DNA of 63,623 bases, counting the filler, from Streblomastix strix (Eukaryota), in NCBI GenBank assembly GCA_008636045.1. It is 4 parts of 4 records of this genome, joined end to end, with 100 filler letters (N's around TTAATTAATTAA, not from the genome) between each part and the next. Parts side by side here need not be neighbours in the genome. Positions count along the whole stretch, not along the records: positions 1 to 15,836 come from SNRW01000925.1; positions 15,937 to 31,766 come from SNRW01000927.1; 2 more parts are not named here. One strand, 5' to 3'. The notes under the pieces are model-generated. The model was not told where the DNA came from and searched no databases. It worked only from the letters and a program-made list of their open reading frames with translations. Position numbers and translations under genes: made by a program. Numbering within the stretch: the stretch's first letter is position 1; every line of letters begins with the position of its first letter. Below are positions 13,107 through 26,486 of the stretch, one piece after another.

Positions 13107-15836
13107 TCACTGATGAAATTCATAATGCGAAGCCTCAGAGTTCGAACCAATGACTGGCAACATAGATGAACTTTATCCAACTCTTCCTATTCTATTCACA
13201 TTCACATTTATGCCTACCTTCTTTCTAATACTATTTGCCCAATTAAATTAATCATCAACATAAGAATTAGAAATCTACCTATGTTTCTCATTCTTAGTTT
13301 CATCTTCAATATCATCTTTATTTCTAAATTCTGTACTATTACTTCTTTTGTTAATACGAGAGAGAATCTTCCTATGAGCAAGCGATGTAGGAAATTTAGT
13401 TTAATATTAATTCTATATATATTCACTTGGTCCATCGTTTTCATCTTTGTATATAGATTAAGATGAATCAAATTAATATTGAAGATGCGTTGGAAGTGAA
13501 TTACGAAGATTTACAAATCCAGGACTACCCTTTAAATCATCCATTAGTTTTGTATTTATATCTATTTATCTTCTTTAAGCTTATTAATTAAAATCCAATT
13601 GTTATGAGGATCTTAATTTCTCCATAATATTATTCTTTCTCTCTCTCCTCTTTTCTATATTATCAACTTCTTTCCAATCATCTTCACTCATTATTTATTT
13701 CTTTTTTGGTAAATTTACTAAAAATTCCAAAGGAAGTTATCTTATTTCAACATCCTATGTCTTTGGATTAGGATCCCAGTCTTTTTATATCGGCTTGAAC
13801 CTATCAAGTCCCATTCTCAGTTTTCTACCTGCATGTCTTTATTTTTCTTCTAATAATAAAGCTTTTTATTTAATCATTTGAGCTTATCTCTCTTTTTCTC
13901 TTTCAACTTCCCATTCATTTGTTCCTTATGGAAGTTTGTCTTCTAATGAACTTCTCATTCTGTTTAATGTGGCAACAGATTTAGGTCGAGGTTCATCTGA
14001 TTATGATGATGTAATACTAAATATAATTTTGATAAATTTAATGAAAGAAAATATTGAAAAATGAGAGAATCCATACACAGTGTTATTAGCAAATTATTAT
14101 TATAATTTTTCTTCTATTCTCTCGATTTTTTATCTTTCTAATTCTTCTTATTTCTTTTTTAATAATGCAATTCTTTTCTTTTCTTCTAAAGATTTTCTTT
14201 CTTATTCCTATAATGTATTTTTATTAATAATATAAAATATGAAAAATTTATTAAGTAAATTCATTTTTTCATAATAAATTTGTACATTGTATTACCAAAA
14301 TATACCTTTTTAATCTTAATCTATTCATCCATATTTTATAATGCTGCCTATCTCAATTCCATTTCGTGGAGTTTTTGGTTGAAATACTTCTCTTTCTCAA
14401 TAAAATCTAATCCTTTTTTCTTGTTTTCTTTTCTTTATAATAATTCTATCTTCTTATTTTCTTTTTTCGCAATTTCTTCCTAATAATTCTTCAGCGTATC
14501 TCTATAATGAAAAAATATTACATATAATATATAACATAAAAATAAATAATAAACCGAGGTGTATGAAATTTCTTCTCAATAGCCAACATTATCGGACTTT
14601 GCCTAAGACGCTCAATTTATTTTTTAAGCTGAATAGATGAAATATAAAATAATCAAAAAAGTTAATAATATTCTTTTTCTAATATTTTATTTACCTTAAT
14701 TTTTTCTTTTTAACTGTTTGTCAAAACATTTTCATCGACAATTAAGTTACAAAATAATGAAACTGAGTTTTATTAAGTCAAAAATGTTGAAGAAACATAA
14801 TCTGTTTTAAGAAAATTTTAAATAAAGGAATAATAATATATTGTAATAATGAATGAATTTGTGAAAAAAAATAAATAAACCTGCATCTTTTTATTAAAGT
14901 TTAAGAATTCTTTTATCTTATTCCAAATCTCTCTATTATTCTTATTCTGTCCCAAAATCTTTTGATTTTTCTTAATTATTCTCAATGTTTTATTAACTGG
15001 TTCGCGATATAAGCATCATTCTTTACATTTCAAGTTTTTTCTTTTCTTTTCTTTCTTCTTCTTCTCATTCTTTCTATTCTTTTTCTCTTTTTTCTTACTC
15101 TTTTTATTTTTGTTCTTCTTCTTCCTTTTATTTGATTTAATTTATTTTTGTAGAGTATGATTAATTTATTTATTCTTTCTTTAATTGTTCTTATGCTCGC
15201 CTTACTATAGTTTCTATGGTCTATTATGATTTAGTAAATATAAAAGAAAAAAATGGATAGCAATAAATTTATCTTTTCACATTAAAATTCTTATTTATTT
15301 ACATACATCCTCTGCCAATTCAATGTTCTTACCATCAAAATATTAACTACAATTATCTAAATTCCATTATTATGTTGCTAATTATCCAAGATTTTCTCCA
15401 TGAATTGACCAAACTGTTACTGCTCCTCCCTATATAAATAAATATATATATTATAGAAAATAAATTGAAAAATATAAAATAATAGATGTTTTGTATATAT
15501 ATTTTCAAACTTATGCTGAAACAACAATACATTATGGAATAGGAATAAGGAGAATTGAAAATGCCGATCCTATATTAAAAAATAGATATAATTATAAAAA
15601 AATGTTTGAAAATTTAATATTTATTATAAGATAGAATCATTATATAATAAAATATTAAAAAACCTTCTTATCCAACTTTTAATGGTTTCCATCGTGCAAT
15701 TTCAATTATATCTTCACAATTTTATGAATTTAGTGATGAAAATTATGATGAAATAATTGTGGCTATTGTGAGAAATAAAAAAATATGAATTAGAATAATA
15801 AATAAGAAATAGAAAAGGAATTTATTTATATTATCA
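13107..15836 (-). CDS. 3' portion of a large multi-exon protein with WD40-like segments, then a K/E/Q-rich coiled coil; the 5' end is off the contig
   Basis: Exons include IVVSAQ|GGAVTVWSIHGENLGQL (WD-like) and long charged coiled-coil stretches. Probable TGA at 13107-13109. Confidence 0.5.
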
Positions 15837-15936
15837 NNNNNNNNNNNNNNNNNNNNNNNNNNNNNNNNNNNNNNNNNNNNTTAATTAATTAANNNNNNNN
15901 NNNNNNNNNNNNNNNNNNNNNNNNNNNNNNNNNNNN
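15837..15936. other. Artificial contig-joining spacer (N44-TTAATTAATTAA-N44)
   Basis: Identical 100-nt spacers occur three times, and the 12-mer gives TAA in all six frames. Confidence 0.98.
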
Positions 15937-16117
15937 TAATTCAATTTAATTTTTGTAATGTGGTTTCAATTTAATATGAAAAATACGTTAAATATTGATT
16001 TATCTCGATTCATGGGATACTTTTGTGAACATGGCAAACTCAAACATATATTGTATAATGTAAATGAAACATATTTTATTATTGAAATTAATTAATTAAA
16101 TAAAAAAAATTTTGAAC

Positions 16118-16175
16118 AATTTCAAAGTATTCCAAAATAATTTCAAAGTATTCCAAAACAATTACAAAGTATTCA
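16118..16175 (+). repeat. About 3 copies of a ~21-nt tandem repeat (aatttcaaagtattccaaaa-like)
   Basis: Direct reading of the sequence. Confidence 0.7.
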
Positions 16176-16387
16176 CACTGTAACAATATTATTTAAAAAA
16201 TTGTTAAATAATTCGATTTTAATAAAAAATTTGTTAATTAAATTTTAAAATTTTTTAAAATATTTATTAAAAAATATAACATTTTTGTAATTATAGTTCA
16301 AATGAGAAATAATATTCAGTGAAAATCGCAGAAAAAGAAAATCAATCTAAATTACGGTGAATGCATAATAAATATCTTTTCCATCAG

Positions 16388-19300
16388 TTAGTATTAATGG
16401 GAAACCTGCCGCAAATGCGGCAAATACACGCAATTAAATTTAAATTCACTTAATTAAAAAACTCGAGATAGTTCAAACTTTAATAAATTAAGTTTTAATT
16501 TATTCCTACTAACTGTAAGTTAAATAAAATGATTAGAAATTCATTATTTTGTTAATATTTCTTTAAATACTTCATTTTTCATTTCATTAATTTATTTATT
16601 TTTTGAGTTCATCGAGAAAATTTTCAAATCCATCATTTTTTCTACACATTAAAATAGTAATATATGGTTATCCATATTTAAAACTTACTATCGAAGAAGA
16701 ATTTCTACTTTATTCAGTGTCTAACCTTGGGATTTGTAGATAGTCATAGCATCACAGAGTTTCAATGTAAACTGATGATGAGGTAAAATGAATAGATAAT
16801 CTATATCAGTTAAAGTGATATCCATCTATGGAACGAAGACAACAGTCCCTGCATTTGATCAAGTTCGAATGTAATATTAAATTACTGAATGTTTAATTGT
16901 AATAACTTTTAATCATGTTCCATTGCATAGTCCTTATTTTTTGTTCATATTTCTTTGAAGCTTAACTGAATTACCAATTTAGACATTTAGTATATGAGGA
17001 GGAAATGCTGCTTGTTTGAGATAATTGAGCATATCTCTTTAAATTTTATCTAATCATTCCAATTTTTTAATTATTGCTTTATTTGAACTGAATAATTGAA
17101 ATGAATCACACTTAAGCAATCTAAGTAAGTAATAGTTAATGTCATCTGAATCACTAATTATTGTTCAAAGTTTGATATCAATTGCATATTAATTAATATT
17201 CAATATCAAGTCTCAAAAAAACATCCTAAATTAAATTATCTTAATTAATGCAAATGTTGTGAATATCAATCATTTCGTTTTTATCATATTGCATCGTCAC
17301 ATTTCCAATTTACACAAAAAAAGAAGAAAACTTTTCTGAATCTTCACCTGTTCTGATTTTTTTCTTCAATCTTAAACAATCCAATTTTCTTCATAAGTTT
17401 GATTTCTGAATTGATGCATTTACTTACTGATGACGCCCTCCAAATTTGACTATTGGAAGGACTTATCTGAAATCTCCTCCAAATTTCGTCAGAATTCTTC
17501 CAAATTCTTTATCATTTTTTTTTAATTTCTCTTAATTTCTTATTAGTAGATTCAGTAACCCGCTTACTTGCAATTGACACTTCATCCCATATTATTACAT
17601 CAAGTAATTATAACAAATTCCACAATTCTTCATTTTTTGCTTAAGTAATTTAGAAGAATTTTTTGGAGGAAACTAGTGGTATTGGAAGTTTGAAAAGGCT
17701 ATGCGAGCTTTGTTTTTGTAGTAACAATCATGCAGTTATTCCTTATTTATGCAAAATTGAGAAATTTTTGTTTATTAAATTGACTATAATTTTAGCGATA
17801 TTATAAAGAAAAGCCCTTTCAGTCCCAGCTGGGCCATCAACGAAAATTAGTCGAGAATGTAAAGGATATGAATTATATAATATTCAAATATTTAACTATG
17901 CAATTTCTTTCCAATCGTCATTGAATTTATATAGTAATTGATTCGTGGATTCTATCACATTATCTTACTCTAATAAGTCAGTATATTAATAGTTCTACAC
18001 CTCATTTCAATTTAAAACATGACGAAGGATAATTGTAGGATTATAAAATATATTTTACTGATCATTAAAGGCATCTTCTTTTGCTAATTCAATTTCATGA
18101 ACATAAGACATTTATTAAAAAATATTATTGATTTGTAGTCTTTTATTAAGCAAGTCTTCAGACAATTGCAAGGAAAACTCGGTCAATAATTAGGCCGGAT
18201 TTCTTGGTGAACATTCTTTGATAATGACAAGTAGAAGATATCTTAAGGCCGAAGGCATTTTAAATGTGCAAGATTCAAGCAAAGTATTACGTAATAACTT
18301 ATCATCTTCTAACAACCGACATGCTGCTGCATTTCGAAAAGATTTATACTATATTTAGTCAATTTAGTTAATATTTCAAATAATAAGGGTCCTTCAATAT
18401 GATATAATTATTCTCTCGCTCAAAACGATTCTAATTCTTTAGAGCATACATTATATAGCCTTCTAATAATTTTATTCCCATCAAGTTTAAGTTTCCACAG
18501 CTTAGTAGCCTTATCAAAAGTAAAATGTTTAGGAATTTAAACATAGATTGATTTTCTTGAATCATATTCATTTTCATTAATTTCATCCCCAAAATATTTC
18601 TTACTTTCCTCATTCAAAATAAAGAATACAATTAAAGTATTTTTTTTTAAAATTAGGATTAAGTGCAGCAGAATATTCATTTTCTTCTGTAAAGTTAATA
18701 AATTATTGCTTCAGAAGATGAATTGTCAGTCTTGTCACTGAATGAGAAAGACGCTATAACGCAACTCCCATTATTTTCATGTTTGCTTCATGCGCGCACA
18801 TATAAAGTCCATCAATGTAATTTTATACTTCATCTACGCTTACTTTATAAGTACTTCCAACTTCGTTAGGATTTGAAATAACTTAAAAATTGATCTATCT
18901 GATAGCTTAAATACGTACTTGAATGCATATTTAATACTCTTAGGAGAAGCAAAATGTTCTACATTGATATCATCATTATATTTGAGAAGTAATATTCTGT
19001 TGTATGAAAAAAACCTATTTATTATTTTAATATTTCCCTTCTGTTGCATCAATTGAATTATGTTTTATTCAATAAAATGGATATTTATTATCAGCTAACT
19101 AAATAAATTTGCAGAATGGTTTGGGAAATCCTTTTTTTTACATTTATTATTTTCCCAACATTCAATTCCATCATGGTATTCTCTATATACCATATGTTTA
19201 AGTACTGCATTATGAAGTTCTGATTCCTGTTCTATGGTTGGAATTTCTGCAGAGAATATTTTATCAATTTTGTTCGTTATGTTATATCAGTCTTATTATC

Positions 19301-20870
19301 AAAATGCAATTAGTATGCGAGCATGGAGCAAACCCAGTTTTTGAAATTCTACTTTATAGCAGTTGCAAGATATTTTACTAAGAATATGATGCATAACTAT
19401 ATCCAATTAATCTTATAATTTATTTAGAAGATCTTACATGCAATGTCAGGATGATTAGCTGGAGAATCAACTCCAATTATACTTACAATTTCATCCCGTC
19501 GCGGATTTGATGTAAATGTTATAAATAGATTAGGATGTTCAAATTTTTTAGCTTAAATCATTGAATCATAATAATTTTTATGCAAGATTTCTCTCACTCC
19601 CCTCAAATGAACTTGGAAGTACGAATCTTACTGCAGAAAATATTTCTTCAATATTCATTAATTGATTGAAGTAGTCTTTTAGCCTTTTATGTGTTTCAAC
19701 TCATAGAGTCTATTGATGATTCTTTACCCAGTTTAATCTTGAAGTTCTTACTGTTAATGAAGCCTAAATATGATGATCTTAGAAAAAACATATTTGAAGG
19801 ATGTTATAAAGAGAAGTTTGTTCATCTAGCAATTCCATATCAAAACTATTCGCATTATGAAATATTTTCCTTCTAACTAGCCTCTATAGGCTAATTTGGA
19901 AAATATTTATCTTTTTCATCGATTTCATTAAGAACTAAAATTTCATTTTCTTGCTATTGATTAGCTTGCAAAAAAATCTTAAATTTTATTTGACTCGCTG
20001 CAACTTCAACAACAAACTCTTTTAAAGAACAGTATTGGAAAAATCATACAATCTCCTGTTGGGCTAGTTACGCTTATTAATTTCAACCCTCCATGGTTTT
20101 GAGATGACGCATGTGATGCCTTTAAATACTCTCCTTCATCTGTAGAGGCGCAAACAGCAGCAATTTCATCCGCTGAATGTAATGAATACATTTTCTCCGT
20201 AAGCCCAGTCCCCCTTTTTCATGAAATATAATTAAAGATCTTATATTGCTTTTCTTTCATTTTGTGCTGTTTCATTCTCTTCGTCTAATTTATTTCTCAT
20301 TGATCTAAAACTCACTGCATATGGATTATTTTCTTCCATCCATTTGCTTAATAAATCCATAAGTTCATTATCACATTAATCATTTACTTTGTTGGTATTT
20401 CTTCTTATGCACGCTTCTCTGGAGTCTACTATATATAACTGAGTAGAAGATGGATTATTATTCTCAGGATATAATGGACTAACATCTATCATTGGAATTG
20501 ATAGAATTCGTAATATATTTGGATTTCTCCATTGAATCACTTAAATATCTCCACGAAGTGATGCGCTTGCAAGCGTTGAACTGAAGTTTCTAATATACTT
20601 CATAAGATTCAAATGCTAGAGATGAACTTTATTTAATAAATCTTTCATTATTCCATTAAATTCAGGGACGGGAGAATATTCGACTTTTTTATTATTCCAA
20701 CAATCTATAAATTTTGGTTTCGCTTTATAATTTAGGAATTAAAATGTAGAGCCCTTCATACACTGCATTTTATGTTGAAATAACCGCAATTATGTAATAT
20801 ATTAACGCCCATTGTTTGTTTCAATTAAGGTTACAATTATTTAATTGCTTCATTCATTAACTTTCCCGCA
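16388..20870 (-). mobile_element. Decayed Helitron (Rep HUH endonuclease plus Pif1-family helicase)
   Basis: Minus-strand remnants in canonical order: Cys-rich N-terminus, IRNFSSTLASAS, LPSSFEGSER, FEHPNLFITFTSNP, VEFQKLGLLHARILI, FSAEIP, YIDGLYVCAHEA, LTIHL, CRLLEDD, FVDGPAGTE, IWDEVSIA, FGGDFRQVLPIV and FPPHILNVKIG...GLCNGT. There are many TGA stops and frameshifts. A hairpin lies at 16407-16422. Confidence 0.92.
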
Positions 20871-21149
20871 TTTGCTCGTAAATTATATTTAAATCGAGCA
20901 TAAATACTTTATATATATATTTGCAATATTTAATTCAAATTATATTATATTTCAATCAAATTTTTATGTACGTTTTATTTGTTGTAATTTGGATGTTGAA
21001 ATAAGTAATAATTATCATTTTCATCTTTTTTAAGCGTAATTATTATAGGAGTATTAAGGACCAATATTATTCAAATTTTAATTGTCCTAATATTTATTGA
21101 AATTTGAAGTAATAATACAAGATGTCCAAGCATCTAGTAAAATATTATA

Positions 21150-21920
21150 TAATAACTTTTAATCTTCGAATTACTCACAAATAGCTGCATCTTGAAAACA
21201 TTCATATTATATTTAATCGATTTTTCTTAATGTTTCAATTGATAAGGGTCCTTTAATGTGAAATAATAAATCTATCATATAAAATAATTCTAATTCTTTA
21301 AGGGAAACTTTATATAGCCTTCCAATGGTTTTCATTTCTCCAAATTTAAGTTTCCATAGTTTGGTAGCTTTATCAAAAAAAATGTTTAAGAAATTTATCA
21401 TATGTTTATTTTCTTGAATCATATTCATTTTCATTAATTGCATACACAAATTATTTTTTGTATTCTACATTTAAAGTTAGAAAATCATTTATTGTAGTTT
21501 TATTGGAATTAGGATTAAATGCTACAGAAATTTCGTTTCATTCTTTAAAGTACATAATTTATTCATTTGGAAGATGAATTGCCAATCAAATAACAGAATA
21601 AGGAAAACATTAAAACGCAACTCCAATTATTTTCATGTATTCTTCATTCGCGCCCATATAAAATCCATCAATATAACTCTATACTTCATCTACACTTACT
21701 TTTAAAGATTTCCATCTTCTTTAAAATTCAAAATATCTTAATACCTTGATCTATCCCACTGCATAAATATGTACTTGAAAACGTATATAATACTCTTTAG
21801 AGAGGTACAATGTTCTACATTAACATAAGCATTAATTTTAAGAAGTAATTTTCTGTTATTTGGAACAATCCATCTATTATTTTAATATTTCTTTTCTTTT
21901 GTTTCGATTATATAGAATCT
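21150..21920 (-). mobile_element. Second, diverged Helitron fragment (Rep-helicase linker region)
   Basis: Recognisably homologous to about 18300-19050 (WIVPNNRKLLLK, NVEHCTSLKSIIYVFKYI, YIDGFIWAR, LAIHLP, IGRLYKVS, LLFHIKGP). Confidence 0.85.
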
Positions 21921-21949
21921 CATTATGATACTTTTGCTGTGGATGTTTT

Positions 21950-23081
21950 GAGTTTATTTTCTGTAAAAAAAATTGATTTATTAATATGCTTTATAAATTC
22001 AAATTTGTTATCTATTTAACAAATTAAAGAATTTTAATTTGCATCATAATCAAAATATTAAATAAATTGTTTTTCCTTCGTCTAAAGAAAATATATCTCT
22101 TGAACAACATTATCTTTATGTTGAACTATTTTTTTACTGATTCTCTATAATTTCAGGAATTCTTTTTCGAGATCGGATAATTCACCTTCTGCTAATCCTC
22201 TCCTCCTCATATCATCTAAAATCACTTGGGCAATCACACAGAGCTCGCTCATATCAATATGATTAATCGCATGAAAGACATTCTTTACTTATCGGAAGAA
22301 ATTACTCCTTAGTCTTAGGACCTTCCAAAAATCTATTTGAACTAGAGAATTAGAAGTCTCCAAAAAATACAATGTCAGAATCATCAGCAACGAAATCTTA
22401 TTCTCCTTTTTAAATAAGTTCAATAAATTTTGGGTCTGCACTTTTTAAATTATTACACTTTTAAATTGTAAATTATCGTCTAACATGAATATTGATCCAT
22501 GTCTTTAATCCAAATTTGATCGTTGATCTTTCTTCTTTTTCTTGCTTTTAATAGATATGTTTTTTATTATTTCATATATTTTTAGTTATATTTATTAATT
22601 ATAGCTTTCATTTCATTGAATTATTAAAATTTTTCTTCACATATTTATATATCTTGTTCACGGACTATGGCATATTCTTCTATTTCATCAATTTATGCTT
22701 CTCATTCAGCATTTTTTCTCTATTTTCTGCATTAAATTGTATTTTTTTATAAGGAACCTGAAAATAATTATATAATTAAATTAAATTTCTAAATAGTTTA
22801 ATGTATACAGTTGTATTTGTTTAACTAACTTGTTTCATGAGTGAAACATTTTATAATTGAATCAATGATCTTTAACATTAATGCATTAACTCTTGCGCTA
22901 CAAATAATTTTTTCTCCGTCGTATTTAATTGTTTCAAACGAAAGAGAAAATGCTCTACAGGCTGGTTTAAATTCTTCAGAAAATTAATCATGTAAAAGTT
23001 ATAAATAACGTAGGCCAATTTATTTCGTTCTTCACTCTGTTCAAAACGTACTATTTTTGCCAACACTTGTTGAATTGGCAT
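21950..23081 (-). pseudogene. Hypothetical or degraded coding region
   Basis: Coding-like composition from MPIQQVLAKIVRF with an apparent intron at about 22760-22808. It seems interrupted by TGA, and I recognise no family. Confidence 0.25.
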
Positions 23082-23700
23082 TGGGGCTTAAAAATTTTAA
23101 ACTTCCTGTGAAATGATAACATTCAAATGAATTACATTTCGGGGAACTAATATATTTATTTTCAAAAATTTAAAATAAAAAAAATACATATAATTAGGTC
23201 CGATGGGACTGGCTCAAATAAATAATAATTATTAATTTTTTCAAATTAAATAAATTAGTATAATATTATCCAAATTAAAATTAAAAATTATGAAAACAAT
23301 TAAGCATGGAAATCTATGACCCATAACCACACAAATCAGTCAATAAAAAAAAATCGATAATTAAATCAGAATTAGCATAACAACTTAAAATTATTATATT
23401 TAAATAATAATTAAAATCAATTTCTATAATAATCATTTCAAATCACGCAATTTTGAGAATTTTCTTCAAATTTTATAAAGATTCATCTATTTTCAGTACG
23501 CTTACTGTTCATAACAATTATATATTATATTAAAATTATTATACAATTTTTTTCTCAATATTTTTAATACAAAAATGAAATTTGTGTATGGACACATTGA
23601 AAAATCGTCAAATTTCTAAATTTTTTTAAACATTCATTTTTACCACGGGTTAATTTTATATTGATAATTATTTTTATCTTTTCCTCTTTATTTTCAGAAA

Positions 23701-26202
23701 ATGACTTAATCAACCGATACTGCACCATGGTGGTAAGGGACCGTTCTAGACTTCGCTTTTCTTGGTATTCAACATCAAAAGAATTTAGCTCAACTAGCCG
23801 TTTCATCACTTGACTTTTATATGAAATATATTGAATCGGGGAAGAAATCACAACTTCAAGCTGATGTATAAGTCTCTCTTCAAACAACTACGGAGTATGC
23901 GAGCGACTTTGCAAACCGCGTAAATTCATACTTCTCCACAACCTGGAAAAAGGACCATGAAGATGAAATTGCCTCATTTCTCTAAAATTAAGCACAGATT
24001 CAAATAATTGCAACCGAGAAAGAACTTGAAATCATCCAACCGCCTCAATAACAACAACCGAAAGTTCCACCTATTGATTCTTCAGATATTTTGAAGAACG
24101 ATGAAATTTCGCTTAATTCAGCTACTGATGCTTTTCTAACTGAAGAAACGCTTCGTAAAGTCTTTGCTGAGTTCGAAGAGAGAATTTGGAAGGAAAAACA
24201 AGAAAATTTGGCCATAAAACAACAAAAATAGAAAATTTCAGAGGAAAAAACAAAAGCCAATGAATTCAAAGAGAGTCAAAAGGACGATTTATTGAGGAAG
24301 ATGAATTCAAAGTTGGATGATCTGCTTTCAAAGTAAAATACTGGCCAGAATAAAGAAGAGAAAGACCAGGAATTGTTGAATCTACGAACTGAGAACAAAA
24401 GATTGTAGAGCGAAGTAGAGAGATTAACTCAGTTACAGATATTCCTCACTTAATAACTATAATAGATGCAATAACAATAATTATAGTAGTAGAGTTCTAT
24501 TACAACTAAAGCACCAACTTAATAATAATAATAATAATAGTAATAATAATAAGCTCCAGTTCAACAATAAATATTACCTCCTCCAGATTCACAATCAAAG
24601 TAACAACATTCAAAGACACAAGGATTCCAATTTGGTGCTCCACCTCCAATTGTATCAAATTAACCATATGCATATGGAAGTATATCTACAAATAGCAATA
24701 TCTAGAATGCACCATAATAATAATTATAAATATAATAAGTACCACAATAATAAATATAATAATAACAACCACAAGTTCAATTGAAAGATATTCAACCCCA
24801 ATCACAGACTTAACCCCAATTCTAATTCCAATCTCAATCTCAATACTAACAACAACAATACTAACAATAATAATAATAATAACCAACTTCACAACCAATG
24901 AATAATAATAATAATTATCAACCTCCACTTCCAATAAGAAGAGCACCATCACCTCCTTCTGCTTCATATATGCCACATCCAATGTCATAATCTTAGTAAT
25001 TGAATCAATAATCTTCTTCTTCATCTTCTTCTTCTAATTAATTAAGTTAATAATAGAGTTATTTACCTCCTCCAGCTTCAATGGCACAATCTGCATATCC
25101 GAATATGACTGGAGTATTGCAGACTAATTAATATTAACCCATTGCACCTTATTAATAGACTTCAAATGTTACTTCTTCTTCTTCTTCATCTTCTTCATAG
25201 TAATTAACAGTCCCACAATCAATAATCAAAACACAGACTCCATTTGTATACAACCTCCAAATTCCTCAATCATTTTAATAATAATAATAACTATAATAAT
25301 AACATTAATAATAATAATAATAACAATAATAATAATACATACCAAACACACACTATGAATCATACAACCAATCAGACAGTGCAGCAGTTGGTCTAGCTCT
25401 GAGGGAAGTATTGAACCTGACTCGGAGGGTTAAATTGCAGATCGTTGGAAGCAACACCACAATTTTAGGAGGGAATACTCCAATTGTTGTGTTGGAAGAA
25501 AGAGCTGCAATGTGGCAGAAAAAAGGTGAAGTTGTTGTTGCTGCTGAATTGTCTGTGTTGGAAGGAGTGCAGTCTTTCAGGTGGAAGGCTTTCTTTGCGC
25601 CAAGTGTGGGATTAGTGAATTAGTTAATTAATTATTGATATTTAATTAGTAATTTATATTTATATTTAATAATAACAATTATTTATGTATCTCATATATC
25701 ATATATATTATTTACATACCCAATTAGATGCCAAGATCGTCTTTGGTATAGTAGCTGATGACAGTATCAGTTCAGCTCTTGGATTCCACGAACGTTCAAA
25801 AGTAGAAGCTTTGAGTGAAGGGAAGATTCGTGTTGGTTAAATAAAAGAGAATACAGGAATTCAAATCCAAAGTGGAGATGATGTCAGAATTGAAGTTAAT
25901 ATGCCTGAGAGATCTGCAATGTTCTTCGTGAATGAGAAAGTGTTTCCATTCAGAGTTACTAGTCTGGCGTAGAATGTCAAATTATTTGTATGATGGGAAT
26001 AATGAATGAATTAAACTATATTTATATTTATAATTATTATTATATTATTATATTAATTAATATATATATATATTTATATGTTCAGGTTCAAGCCAACGAG
26101 CTGAACACGCGTATTGAGCTTCTGGATGTGGCATAGTTGCATTCACCAACTCCAATATCATCAACACAATACCTGAAACCAATGGAAATGTGCTCATTAT
26201 GA
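23701..26202 (+). CDS. Coiled-coil, Q/S/P-rich protein with a C-terminal SPRY/B30.2-like domain
   Basis: Open for about 1.9 kb from ATG 23701 when TAR is read as Gln. Poly-Q tracts are encoded by TAA/CAA. The C-terminal exons give IQSGDDVRIEVNMPERSAMFFVNEKVFPFRVTSL, a SPRY-like signature. TGA at 26200-26202. Confidence 0.75.
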
Positions 26203-26486
26203 ATAAATGTTCATATTTTATTGTCGAATTGCTTTTACTCATTTGTTTGTTGTCTTGTTGTTTGTGATTTAATAAATATCTTTGACTTTAATATATATCA
26301 ACTTTTTTCTTATATCAAACACCTCGGCAATTGAAAATAAAATATCAATTTCATACTAAATTTGGCAAACTGTCCAAGTTTGAAGAGTTTAAGTTTGTAC
26401 AAAATGCGACACACTCAATTTAATTCTATTCAATCATTAAATTATAAAATGAAAAATAGGTTTGAGAAACTATTCATTTTTCGCCA

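Noticed and set aside
15837..15936. Recurrent TTAATTAATTAA palindrome within N runs (also at 31767 and 47696)
   Set aside because: It is an artificial six-frame-stop linker between size-sorted contigs (15836, 15830, 15829, 15828 nt), so neighbourhoods across it are meaningless.
24686..25024. Hydrophobic I/V-rich minus-strand ORF resembling a membrane protein
   Set aside because: It is the antisense of the TAA/CAA poly-Gln region.
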